The position numbers were made by a program, and so were the translations under genes. 64,000 nt of DNA, taken from contig OY762492.1 of the NCBI GenBank assembly GCA_963665845.2, positions 1,120,001 through 1,184,000 of the forward strand, written 5' to 3'. This document shows positions 28,713 through 36,960 of this stretch, in pieces (positions within the stretch are counted from its first letter, which is position 1; the number at the start of each line of letters is the position of its first letter). Origin of the DNA: Candidatus Poribacteria bacterium. Its GTDB lineage: Bacteria > Poribacteria > WGA-4E > GCA-2687025. Under the pieces are notes generated by a model that did no database searches, was not told the DNA's origin, and saw nothing but the letters and a program-made list of their open reading frames with translations.

Positions 28713-29405
28713 ATGAGAACATGGAAGCGAACGCTTGTGATGCTGACAGCGGCAGCCTTGGCGGTCGGCGCCTCGGCGGAGGAGCGAATATGGAACTTCT
28801 CGGATGGTTTGGACGGGTGGCGGCTAAGCGGCGGCTGGGAAACGGAGGGCGGCGTACTTCAACAAACCGCGGACGACCGCCCCTACGCGTACGCGATCGT
28901 CGGAGAGTCCGACTGGGATGTTCGTTACATCTCGGCAAAAGTGCGCATTGATGCGCCTTTTCGCGCAGACGATCAGCATAAAATCGGCGTTATCTTTCGC
29001 GCCAATTTCCTGTGGGGCAACCAGATCCGCTGCTACGCCTATGAATTGCTGCCAAAAGAGAATTTAACGAGCTTGATGACCGCCCTCATCCTCGAACCCG
29101 GCGTAGCGACCGGCGTCAGCAGAGGAGGACCCGTCCATGGCGGCATTGAGTTGAAAAGCGGCGAATGGTACCTGATTGAAATCGTTCTTGAAGGCAAGAA
29201 CGCGGAGTTCTCTATCAACGAATTCTGGCAGGACAGCGAGGATGAGGCGGACTATGTCGACACAGGAGCCGTCGGCTTCTTTACGTTCTTCGCTAAAGCC
29301 AGCTTCGACGATCTGATTGTGGATGGGGATGATTTCCAAGGCGGCCTTTCCGTTCAACCGAACGGCAAACTGGCGGCGCAATGGGCGCAGCTGAAACAGG
29401 AGTGA
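28713..29405 (+). CDS. Secreted DUF1080/LamG-like protein, copy 4
   Basis: Scaffold near-identical to copy 3 with different central loops; tail SVQPNGKLAAQWAQLKQE. Confidence 0.75.
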   Translation: MRTWKRTLVMLTAAALAVGASAEERIWNFSDGLDGWRLSGGWETEGGVLQQTADDRPYAYAIVGESDWDVRYISAKVRIDAPFRADDQHKIGVIFRANFLWGNQIRCYAYELLPKENLTSLMTALILEPGVATGVSRGGPVHGGIELKSGEWYLIEIVLEGKNAEFSINEFWQDSEDEADYVDTGAVGFFTFFAKASFDDLIVDGDDFQGGLSVQPNGKLAAQWAQLKQE

Positions 29406-29430
29406 GCCTTAACCAAAAAGGAAAACGGCG

Positions 29431-30165
29431 ATGAGAACATGGAAGCGAACGCTTGTGATGCTGGCGGCGGCAGCCTTGACCGCCGGCGCCTCGGCGGAAA
29501 CGATGCGATGGAACTTCAACAGCTGGGCCGAGACGAAGGACTGGTTTTTCGTTGATGCCGCAGACGGCGCATGGAAACAAGGCATGTGGACAACGTTCGA
29601 CGGCATGCTCATCAAATCGGACGACAAGGTCTCCGCCTTTGCCCTCTTCGGAGAAGAAGCCTGGGACAATTACACCATTGAAGCTAAAATGCGCCTCGAT
29701 TCAGGGAATGAGAACGCTGCTGTCGGGCTTGTTTTTCGCGCCGATTTTCTATGGATTGACGAATTCGTATGCTATGCTGTCTGCCTGCGCAGCGCCCTCA
29801 AAGGCGACTCGATCCTTTTTAGTCGGCTCCGCGTTTCCGAAAAGGGCGGCGTCTCAAGCCGTTCGATCCTGATTGATCCCTTTGAGGACGAATTTAAGAT
29901 TGCCCCTGGAGAATGGTTTGTCATGCGAGTCCTCGTCAATGGCAATAACGTTCTGCTTTTCATAGACAACAAACCGCAGGCTTACTTCAGCGCGAAGCAT
30001 ATCTGGGATAACGAATCGTATCTCCCGAACGGCGGCGTCGGCTTTTATTCGCGCCGCGCCAAAATGAGAGTCGACTATGCGGAGGTCTCCATAGGCGGCG
30101 ACCCGCTCTCCGTTCAGCCGAACGGCAGACTGGCGGCGCAATGGGCGCAACTGAAACGCGGCTGA
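29431..30165 (+). CDS. Secreted DUF1080/LamG-like protein, copy 5
   Basis: WDNYTIEAKMR; VGLVFRA; GEWF; GGVGF; tail SVQPNGRLAAQWAQLKRG. Confidence 0.75.
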   Translation: MRTWKRTLVMLAAAALTAGASAETMRWNFNSWAETKDWFFVDAADGAWKQGMWTTFDGMLIKSDDKVSAFALFGEEAWDNYTIEAKMRLDSGNENAAVGLVFRADFLWIDEFVCYAVCLRSALKGDSILFSRLRVSEKGGVSSRSILIDPFEDEFKIAPGEWFVMRVLVNGNNVLLFIDNKPQAYFSAKHIWDNESYLPNGGVGFYSRRAKMRVDYAEVSIGGDPLSVQPNGRLAAQWAQLKRG

Positions 30166-30190
30166 ATCTTTAACCCGAACGGAAACACAG

Positions 30191-30916
30191 ATGAGAACAT
30201 GGAAGCGAACGCTTGTCTTGGCCGCCGCCGTTGCGTTGACGCTTAACGCTTCAGCGGGAACGATGCGGTGGGACTTCTCAAGTGAAGATGAAATAAGCGA
30301 CTGGCTGTTCATCGAGTCGACAGACAGCGAATGGGGCAGAAGCGCATGGAAAATCAACGGCGGGCTGCTTCAGCAGACAAATGAAAACTTCGTCACGTAC
30401 GCGCTCTTCGGCGATCCGAACTGGGACGACTACATCATCGAGACAAGGGTGCGCGTTGACGGATCTGACGATTGGGACATCATTGGCGTCCTGTTTCGCG
30501 TCAACTTCATTTGGCATGACGGATTCCACGCCTACAGCGTAGGGTTGAGTCGACTCCTAGAAGATGATGATATCCGGCTGACCCGAGACAAGGTTGACCG
30601 CGATGGAGCCAACAGACGCATCCTCAAGAGCTTGCCTCCCTTCCCTCCCTTCACATTTGACGCCGGCAGATGGTACCGCATACGCCTCAAAGTTGAGGAC
30701 CGCGACATGGAGCTGTTTATTGACGGTAAACAGCAATTCTTGTTCAACCGCATATGGGACCGCGACTATATCCGCAAGGGAGCCGTCGGTTTCGTCTTGG
30801 ACAGCGCCCAAATCAGCATTGACTATGTCAAGGTTGAGGGAGATTCGGTCGATCCGCTCTCCGTTCAACCGAACGGCAAACTGGCGGCGCAATGGGCGCG
30901 GCTGAAACTCGATTGA
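30191..30916 (+). CDS. Secreted DUF1080/LamG-like protein, copy 6
   Basis: WDDYIIETRVR; IGVLFR; GRWYRIR; FIDGK; GAVGF; tail SVQPNGKLAAQWARLKLD. Confidence 0.75.
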   Translation: MRTWKRTLVLAAAVALTLNASAGTMRWDFSSEDEISDWLFIESTDSEWGRSAWKINGGLLQQTNENFVTYALFGDPNWDDYIIETRVRVDGSDDWDIIGVLFRVNFIWHDGFHAYSVGLSRLLEDDDIRLTRDKVDRDGANRRILKSLPPFPPFTFDAGRWYRIRLKVEDRDMELFIDGKQQFLFNRIWDRDYIRKGAVGFVLDSAQISIDYVKVEGDSVDPLSVQPNGKLAAQWARLKLD

Positions 30917-30921
30917 GCGGC

Positions 30922-32526
30922 TTACTCCACCTGAAACTCGGCGCGGCTCTCGGCGCTTTCTTGGTAGCCGATGCGGCATGCCTTCGCCCTGAGGGCCGTT
31001 TTGCCCTTCTTTAAACGTATCGGCTCGGTGTAGAGCCGCCAGCGCGCGCCGCCGCCCTCTTCTGTTGTGTAGGCGATGGAGGCGCCCTGCGTCGCGCAAT
31101 GCAGCTGTATGAGGCACGGCGCCGCATAGGAACCGCCCTCGGATGTTTGGCGCCCTGGGTAGCCCGGCGCAATCGGCGCAAACACCGGCGCCGCCGCCTG
31201 ACGCTGCGACCCGTCCGGACGAAAACGCGCCGCCATCTGATCCTCCGGAACATGCCCAAGATCGCCAATCTCCCGCTGCCACCTGTCCAGCTCGGCGCGC
31301 ATGCGCGTCAGCGTCTCGGCGTAAGCGGGGTCGCCCGCCAGGTTGCGCGTTTCATACGGGTCGCTTTCCGTGTCGTAAAGCTCCTCCGGCGTCCGCGGTT
31401 CAAACATGAGCCGCTGATCGCCTTCCAGCGCGTCTTCGGCATGAAGACGCCACATCTCCTGCATGACAGGGTGCCGGTTCCGGTACGGGATCCACATCAG
31501 GTACGGCAGGTCGGGATAAAAGTTGCGCAGATACTTGAATCGGCGGTCGCGGACGGCGCGAACCATGTCGTACGACTCGTCATGGCGGTCGCGCGCCGCA
31601 TAGATATACTCCCGCTCTTCCCCCTCCAAGAACGGCTGCCCCTGCATATGCCGCGGTATGGAAACCCCCGCCATCGACAAGACGGTCGGCCCGAGGTCGA
31701 TCATGCTGACAAGCCGCTCCGACACGGCGCCTTCCGCCAGACGCCCCGGCCAGCGCACAATGCATGGGATGCGTATGCCGGCGTCGTAGGGCCACCGCTT
31801 GCCGCGCGGAAGCCCCTCGCCATGGTCGCTCCATATGAAAACGGCGGTGTTGTCGGCGAGTCCGTCCTCTTCCAGCTCGTTTAAAATCCGCCCGACGATG
31901 CGGTCGGACGCCGCGATATTGTCGTATTGACGCGCCAGCGCCTGCCGCGCCTTCAAGGTGTCCGGAAGATACGGCGGCATCTCGACATCGTCAGGATCCG
32001 TCTCGGTCGGCGGCGGATCGTCAGAACCTTTGCTCCGATCCCACATGCCGCTCTCATGCGTCCCGGTCGGGTTGAAGACGGCAAAGAACGGCGCGCCGTC
32101 CGGGCGGTTGCGCCAGTGGGCGTTTCCGCCGCATTCGTCCCATGCCGTCGCGGGCGGTTTGAACTGGTAATCGGTTTTCTGATTGTTTGTACAGTAGTAA
32201 CCCGCCGCGCGCAGATACTCGGTGAAACATTTCACATACGGGGGCGGAACCGCCTCATACGGCGTCGGCATTTCAGGAGTGGCGCGGTTCGTATGTCCAG
32301 TGCGCATATGATGCCCGCCGATAGAGGGGGCGTACATGCCGGTGATGACGGCGCATCGGCTCGGAGCGCAGACGCCCGCCGTCGAGAAGGCGTTCGGAAA
32401 ACGGACGCCCTGCGCGGCGAGCCTGTCCAGGTTCGGCGTCCGCGCCAACGGATCGCCGTAGCATCCGAAGCGGGGAGTCGTGTCCTCTAAGGAGATCCAA
32501 AGGATATTCGGGCGGCTGTTTGACAT
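30922..32526 (-). CDS. Cys-type (formylglycine-dependent) sulfatase with small C-terminal beta domain
   Basis: RPNILWI; CAPSR (CxPSR) active-site motif; WSDHG; EELYD...DPYE..NLA; C-terminal GASIAYTT...LYTEPI. Confidence 0.93.
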   Translation of the reverse strand: MSNSRPNILWISLEDTTPRFGCYGDPLARTPNLDRLAAQGVRFPNAFSTAGVCAPSRCAVITGMYAPSIGGHHMRTGHTNRATPEMPTPYEAVPPPYVKCFTEYLRAAGYYCTNNQKTDYQFKPPATAWDECGGNAHWRNRPDGAPFFAVFNPTGTHESGMWDRSKGSDDPPPTETDPDDVEMPPYLPDTLKARQALARQYDNIAASDRIVGRILNELEEDGLADNTAVFIWSDHGEGLPRGKRWPYDAGIRIPCIVRWPGRLAEGAVSERLVSMIDLGPTVLSMAGVSIPRHMQGQPFLEGEEREYIYAARDRHDESYDMVRAVRDRRFKYLRNFYPDLPYLMWIPYRNRHPVMQEMWRLHAEDALEGDQRLMFEPRTPEELYDTESDPYETRNLAGDPAYAETLTRMRAELDRWQREIGDLGHVPEDQMAARFRPDGSQRQAAAPVFAPIAPGYPGRQTSEGGSYAAPCLIQLHCATQGASIAYTTEEGGGARWRLYTEPIRLKKGKTALRAKACRIGYQESAESRAEFQVE

Positions 32527-32553
32527 GCGGGCGCCTTGCCGTTTTCGGCTCTG

Positions 32554-32802
32554 TTAAGACAGCTCTTCTTCGGTTTCCGTGTCGACGACCCGCTTTGGCT
32601 CGCGGGCGAGCAGCCCTTTTTTATCCAGCGTCCGCATCATCCGCACCGAGACGCGCCTGCGGCGGTAGACGCCTGTCTTTTCATCATACACGCGCACAAT
32701 CTGCAGGTTCGGCAGCTGACGCCGTTTCGTCCGTTTTTTGGAACGCGGCACGTTGTTGATCACTCTCGGCCGTTTGCCGCTCAAATAACATTTTCTCGCC
32801 AT
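32554..32802 (-). CDS. rpmB: 50S ribosomal protein L28
   Basis: MARKCYLSGKRP...NNV..S..RTKRRQLPNLQ...VSVRMMRTLDK. Confidence 0.92.
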   Translation of the reverse strand: MARKCYLSGKRPRVINNVPRSKKRTKRRQLPNLQIVRVYDEKTGVYRRRRVSVRMMRTLDKKGLLAREPKRVVDTETEEELS

Positions 32803-32890
32803 CGTCGTTCTCCGTTTAAAAAGCCCCGCCCGTTCAACGCTGCAACATACATATGCTGGCAGGGAACGGCGCGAAAGTCAAGCGCGGATT

Positions 32891-32995
32891 TTTGACGGCT
32901 GTCTCTATAGGCGATGATCTTGATTTAGAGAGTCGTTTTTGGAATGCGGAGGCTGTCTGGAAAAACTCTGGATTCCCGCTTACGCGGGAATGACG
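32891..32995. repeat. Composite intergenic repeat (arm plus palindrome), related to 2008-2110 and 40140-40240
   Basis: GCGATGATCTTGATTTAGAG...GGAATGCGGAGGCTGTCTGGAAAAACTCTGGATTCCCGCTTACGCGGGAATGAC. Confidence 0.85.
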
Positions 32996-33026
32996 AATAG
33001 CCCAATAACAGCGGGCGGTTCGTCAT

Positions 33027-34028
33027 TTAAGCCTCCTGTTCAAAGAGCGCGTCCACAAACTCGGACGGCTCAAAGTCGCGCAGGTCCTCTATGCCTTCGC
33101 CGACTCCGATCAGTTTGATCGGAATGCCGACCTCGCGCTTGACAGCGACGGCGACGCCCCCCTTTGCGCTTCCGTCCAGTTTTGTCAACGCGGCCCCGGT
33201 GACCGGTACCGCCTCTAAAAAACGCTTTCCCTGCTGAATCGCGTTATGCCCCGTCGTCGCGTCCAGGACCAGCAGCGTCTCATGCGGCGCGCCGTCCAGT
33301 TCGCGTCCGGCGACCCGCGCGATCTTCTCCAGCTCCTGCATCAGATTCGCGCGCGTATGCTGCCGCCCCGCCGTGTCGATGATCAACAGGTCGGACTTGC
33401 GCGCCCGCGCCGAATGAATCGCGTCGTAGACGACCGAGGCGGGGTCGGCTCCCTCCTGCTGACGAATGAACGCCGCGCCCGCCCGTTCGCTCCATATCTC
33501 TAGCTGCTCCGCCGCCGCGGCGCGGAACGTGTCGCCCGCCGCGAGAGTCGCGCTCATCCCCTGCGCGGTGTAACGCGCCGCCAGCTTGCCGATGGTGGTC
33601 GTCTTTCCGACGCCGTTCACTCCGACCGCCAGAATCACATACGGGGAGCCGCCGATCGGGTTCACATGCTGCGCCTCGCCGAGTATTTCGGCAATCTCCG
33701 CCTTCAACGCCGGCAGCAGCTGCGGCGCCTCGCGCAGGGGGGTTTCCTTCGCCGTCTTGCGCAGTTGATCCATCAGATACAGGGTGGTGTCGACGCCGGC
33801 GTCGGCGCAGATGAGCGCCTCCTCCAGCTCCTCATACACCTCCTCATCGATGGAGCGCCCGACCCGCAGAATGCCGGCGATCTGCTGCGTGAACGCTTGG
33901 CGCGTCTTTGAGAGCGCGTTTTTGAGCCGTTGAAACGCGCTCTGTTTGGGCGCTTCGTCAGGCGCTTCGTTTGGCGGTTCCTTCTCTTCCGATCCGTTTT
34001 TCCCGCGCCCGAACAGTCCGCGCAGCAT
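33027..34028 (-). CDS. ftsY: Signal recognition particle receptor FtsY
   Basis: GVNGVGKTTTIGKLA; AGDTFRAAA; DTAGR; LDATTG; TKLDGSAKGG; GVGE. Confidence 0.97.
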   Translation of the reverse strand: MLRGLFGRGKNGSEEKEPPNEAPDEAPKQSAFQRLKNALSKTRQAFTQQIAGILRVGRSIDEEVYEELEEALICADAGVDTTLYLMDQLRKTAKETPLREAPQLLPALKAEIAEILGEAQHVNPIGGSPYVILAVGVNGVGKTTTIGKLAARYTAQGMSATLAAGDTFRAAAAEQLEIWSERAGAAFIRQQEGADPASVVYDAIHSARARKSDLLIIDTAGRQHTRANLMQELEKIARVAGRELDGAPHETLLVLDATTGHNAIQQGKRFLEAVPVTGAALTKLDGSAKGGVAVAVKREVGIPIKLIGVGEGIEDLRDFEPSEFVDALFEQEA

Positions 34029-34045
34029 CGTCCGCTCCTTTTAAT

Positions 34046-34375
34046 TTAAGTTAAGCCGGGCAGACCTGGTATGTTGAATCCGCCCGTCAACTTTTCCATC
34101 TCTTCCGCCGCCAGCTCCTGCGATTTGCGCCGCGCCTCGTTCACCGCCGCCCGCACCAGGTCTTCCAGCATCTCCACATCTTCAGGGTCGACCACTTCGG
34201 GCGCGATCGTGATCGAGATGATCTCCTGATGCCCGTTCGCCACCACCGTCACCATGCCGCCGCCCACCTGCGCCTCAATGGTGAGATGCTTTAGGTCTTC
34301 CTGAACCTCCAGCATGCGCTTCTGCATGCGCTGCGCCTGCCGCATGAGACCCGACATGCCGCCTTTGTTATTCAT
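34046..34375 (-). CDS. ybaB: YbaB/EbfC nucleoid-associated protein
   Basis: MRQAQRMQ...GGGMVTV...DPEDVEMLEDLVRAAVNEA; downstream of dnaX. Confidence 0.93.
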   Translation of the reverse strand: MNNKGGMSGLMRQAQRMQKRMLEVQEDLKHLTIEAQVGGGMVTVVANGHQEIISITIAPEVVDPEDVEMLEDLVRAAVNEARRKSQELAAEEMEKLTGGFNIPGLPGLT

Positions 34376-36080
34376 CGCGTTCTCCTTCTTTGGGGAGGTC
34401 TATTTTTCCGTCAAACAGGTCGCGCGCTCTCCGCGCGTTTTCGTTTTCGATCTCCTCTTCGCTGCGCGGCGTCTGCGGCGGCGACTCGGAGCGGCTCGTC
34501 ATTTCCTGTTCAGAGATGGTGAGCCGTATTTCGACCCGTTTGCCGAGTACGTTTTGGACGATCTCTTGCAGCGTTTCTTTCTTTTCTTTCGCTTTATTCA
34601 TCTGAATGCGGCTGCTGAAGGCGAGCGTCAAGGCTCCTGCGTTCGCGCTCGGTTTGGCGCCGTCCAGCTGACCCCATAGGAACGGCTCCCGCGTCTTCAG
34701 TTCCGCCGACGCCGCTTTCCATACATCCTCGGCGGTCTCTTCGTTCAGCTCCGCCGCCGCAATGGGAGTCGGGGGCGGCGCGCTCTCCTGCTTAGACGGG
34801 GCGGACGAGGGAGGCGAAACCGACGGAACCGACGAGGCTGTCGGGACGGACGCCGACGCGCCGACGCGGCCCGACGAAACGGGCGGCGGCGCGGCGGGCG
34901 TCTCAACAGGCGCGATGTTCAGCCCGCCCGTATGCATCTTCTCCTCCAGCGCCTGCAGTTTTTTCAGCGCCTCTTCTAGGGGCAGATCGTCCTCCAGCTG
35001 ACAGATGTCCAGCATGCAGATCTCAAAGTTTTCGCGGTCGTAGCCGAGAAGACGGATCTCTTTTTCAGCGCGCATGAGCATTTTGAGAGTCCACTGAATG
35101 CGGGCGATGGAGAGCTCCGCCGCTTGCTCCCGCATCTGCTCGATTTTGGACGGCGACGCCTGTATGGAGTCCGCCAGTTTTGGGCTGACCTTGAGCCGCA
35201 GAAGCGCGTGAAAATGCGCCCCTATCAGCCGAAGGCACTGCGTCACATCCGCCCCCTGCGAAAACAGCGCCTCCGACGCCTGAAACGCCTCCAGCGCGTT
35301 CCGCGACGCGAGCGCGTTGACGGCGCCGTCCACCGCCGCGGCGGAGCCGAAACCGAGCATGCGGCTGGCGTCCTCGGCGGTCGCGCGTTCAGGGCAGAAC
35401 GCGAGCAGCTGTTCAAGCGCGCTTTGCGCGTCCCGCATGCAGCCTTCAGATTGATTCGCAATGAGTCCCAGCGCTTCTTCGTCCACGTCGCGCTCCTCGC
35501 CGGTCGTCAGTTCGCGCAGCCGCGTTGTGATCTGCTCATAGCTCATGCGGTAGAAATCGAACTGCTGGCAGCGGGACAGGATCGTGGCGGGGAAGCGGTT
35601 TTTTTCGGTGCTGGCGAAGATGAAGATGACATGCGGCGGCGGCTCTTCCAGGGTTGTCAAAAAGGCGTTCCAAGCGGCGGCGCTAAGCATGTGCGCTTCG
35701 TCTAAGATATAGACGCGGTAGCGGGAGGCGACGGTCGAGAGTTTCACATTTTCGCGCAGTTCGCGTATGTCGTCAACGCCGTTGTTGGACGCGGCGTCGA
35801 TTTCGACCACATCAAGCGAGTTGCCTTCGCGTATCGAGTCGCAGGAGTCGCATTCGCCGCATGGGTCTTGGTTGTCGCCCCTGTTTTTGCAGTTGAGCGC
35901 GCGGGCGAAGATGCGCGCCATCGTCGTTTTTCCGACGCCTCTGGGTCCGCTGAACAGGTAGGCGTGGTGGATGCGTTCGGAGGCGATGCCGTTTCGGAGC
36001 GTGCGCACCACATGGGTTTGCCCGACGACTTCGCTGAATTTTTGCGGACGCCATTTTCGAGACAGCGCTATGTACGCCAT
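34368..36080 (-). CDS. dnaX: DNA polymerase III subunit gamma/tau
   Basis: RKWRPQ.F.EVVGQ; HAYLFSGPRGVGKTT; EIDAASNNGVDDIR; LDEAHML; TLEEPP; TILSRCQ. Confidence 0.97.
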   Translation of the reverse strand: MAYIALSRKWRPQKFSEVVGQTHVVRTLRNGIASERIHHAYLFSGPRGVGKTTMARIFARALNCKNRGDNQDPCGECDSCDSIREGNSLDVVEIDAASNNGVDDIRELRENVKLSTVASRYRVYILDEAHMLSAAAWNAFLTTLEEPPPHVIFIFASTEKNRFPATILSRCQQFDFYRMSYEQITTRLRELTTGEERDVDEEALGLIANQSEGCMRDAQSALEQLLAFCPERATAEDASRMLGFGSAAAVDGAVNALASRNALEAFQASEALFSQGADVTQCLRLIGAHFHALLRLKVSPKLADSIQASPSKIEQMREQAAELSIARIQWTLKMLMRAEKEIRLLGYDRENFEICMLDICQLEDDLPLEEALKKLQALEEKMHTGGLNIAPVETPAAPPPVSSGRVGASASVPTASSVPSVSPPSSAPSKQESAPPPTPIAAAELNEETAEDVWKAASAELKTREPFLWGQLDGAKPSANAGALTLAFSSRIQMNKAKEKKETLQEIVQNVLGKRVEIRLTISEQEMTSRSESPPQTPRSEEEIENENARRARDLFDGKIDLPKEGERDE

Positions 36081-36107
36081 GTTTCATGCCTCGCGCGGTG
36101 AAGTGTC

Positions 36108-36377
36108 GGCCGCGCACCCGCCGTCGACAAGCTGCATTATGAGCGGTTCTTCGGCAGCCAGCTCAACCCAGGCTGCCCTGCAACACACGCTCCGACGCTT
36201 ACCGCTGCTTCCTCCCGGACCTGACGGGGTTCACGTCTTATACGTTGCGCAGGACCCGGATGTCCACACCGCTTATCGAAGTCGGACCTCACAAGGCAGA
36301 GCCTCGGAGCGGGAATTCCGCCCTGCTGTAGCGGATTGCAGGTTCAGGGCACCGCTATCTCCCCGCGTAGCGCGACC
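36108..36377 (-). ncRNA. ffs: Signal recognition particle RNA, large (Alu-domain) type
   Basis: Minus strand has an Alu-like 5' domain GGGGAGATAGCGGTGCCCTGAACCTGCAATCCGCTACAGCAGGG and the S-domain GTGAACCCCGTCAGGTCCGGGAGGAAGCAGCGGTAAGC; about 270 nt; upstream of dnaX. Confidence 0.92.
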
Positions 36378-36384
36378 AGTTCTT

Positions 36385-36413
36385 AATATAGCGCCGCTTT
36401 GGACGTTTCGCAA
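36385..36413 (-). promoter_or_regulatory. Putative sigma70 promoter of ffs
   Basis: TTGCGA-N17-TATATT ending 7 nt upstream of the SRP RNA 5' end. Confidence 0.7.
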
Positions 36414-36535
36414 GGTCGTTTTGCCGGCGCCGCCAACCAAACCTGCCATTCCCGCCCATTTTCCCGTCATTCCCGCCCTTGCGGTAAAACGTGCGGGAAT
36501 CTTAAGGCATCGCAGCCGCCGCGCCCGTCTTTTAA

Positions 36536-36703
36536 CTGACCTCACGTCTTAAGTTGGGACATGTCGGCATGGGAACGCGGACGTCTTCTGCAACGCCTCT
36601 AGATTCCCGCTTACGCGGGAATGACGGTTTGGTCAGCGGCGCCTTTTTCCCATGAATAGAGCGATCGTCAGTTCAAATGTCCCAACTTTCAGCATGAGGT
36701 CAG
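36536..36703. mobile_element. MITE-like element, family A (168 bp), inserted into a family-B arm
   Basis: TIRs CTGACCTCACGTCTTAAGTTGGGACAT / ATGTCCCAACTTTCAGCATGAGGTCAG; flanks CTTTTAA / TTTTTAA; uninterrupted host arm seen at 24948-25075. Confidence 0.8.
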
Positions 36704-36851
36704 TTTTTAAACCCCCTGGTTCCCCCTTTTCAAGGGGGGAATCGGGCGCGCGGCGGCGCGAATATCCCCGTATGAGCGTACTGCCGTCAGGCAATGCGCC
36801 TTGCCTCAAGCCGTAACAGCGGCTATTATCTCATGCAGAATCGGACCAGTC

Positions 36852-36938
36852 GGGCGGGTGGTGGAAATGGCAGACACGATAGATTTAGGATCTATTGGGC
36901 GAAAGCCTGTAAGGGTTCAAATCCCTTCTCGCCCACCA
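36852..36938 (+). tRNA. tRNA-Leu (anticodon TAG)
   Basis: GGGCGGG/CTCGCCC acceptor stem plus ACCA; anticodon stem ATAGA-TTTAGGA-TCTAT; long variable arm; GGTTCAAATCC T-loop. Confidence 0.95.
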
Positions 36939-36960
36939 ATGCGGCTCTGGAGGAGTACCT

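Noticed and set aside
26571-30916. Integron cassette array
   Set aside because: The junction repeats are mostly coding, lack attC-like RYYYAAC...GTTRRRY inverted structure, and no integrase is present
32554-32802. L28 with a single cysteine as a zinc-starvation paralog
   Set aside because: Zinc-free L28 variants are common; no Zur-type box or second copy is visible, so nothing unusual can be supported
36852-36938. tRNA-Leu as an integration site of an island or prophage
   Set aside because: It is followed directly by tig-clpP-clpX; no integrase and no duplicated tRNA 3' end were seen
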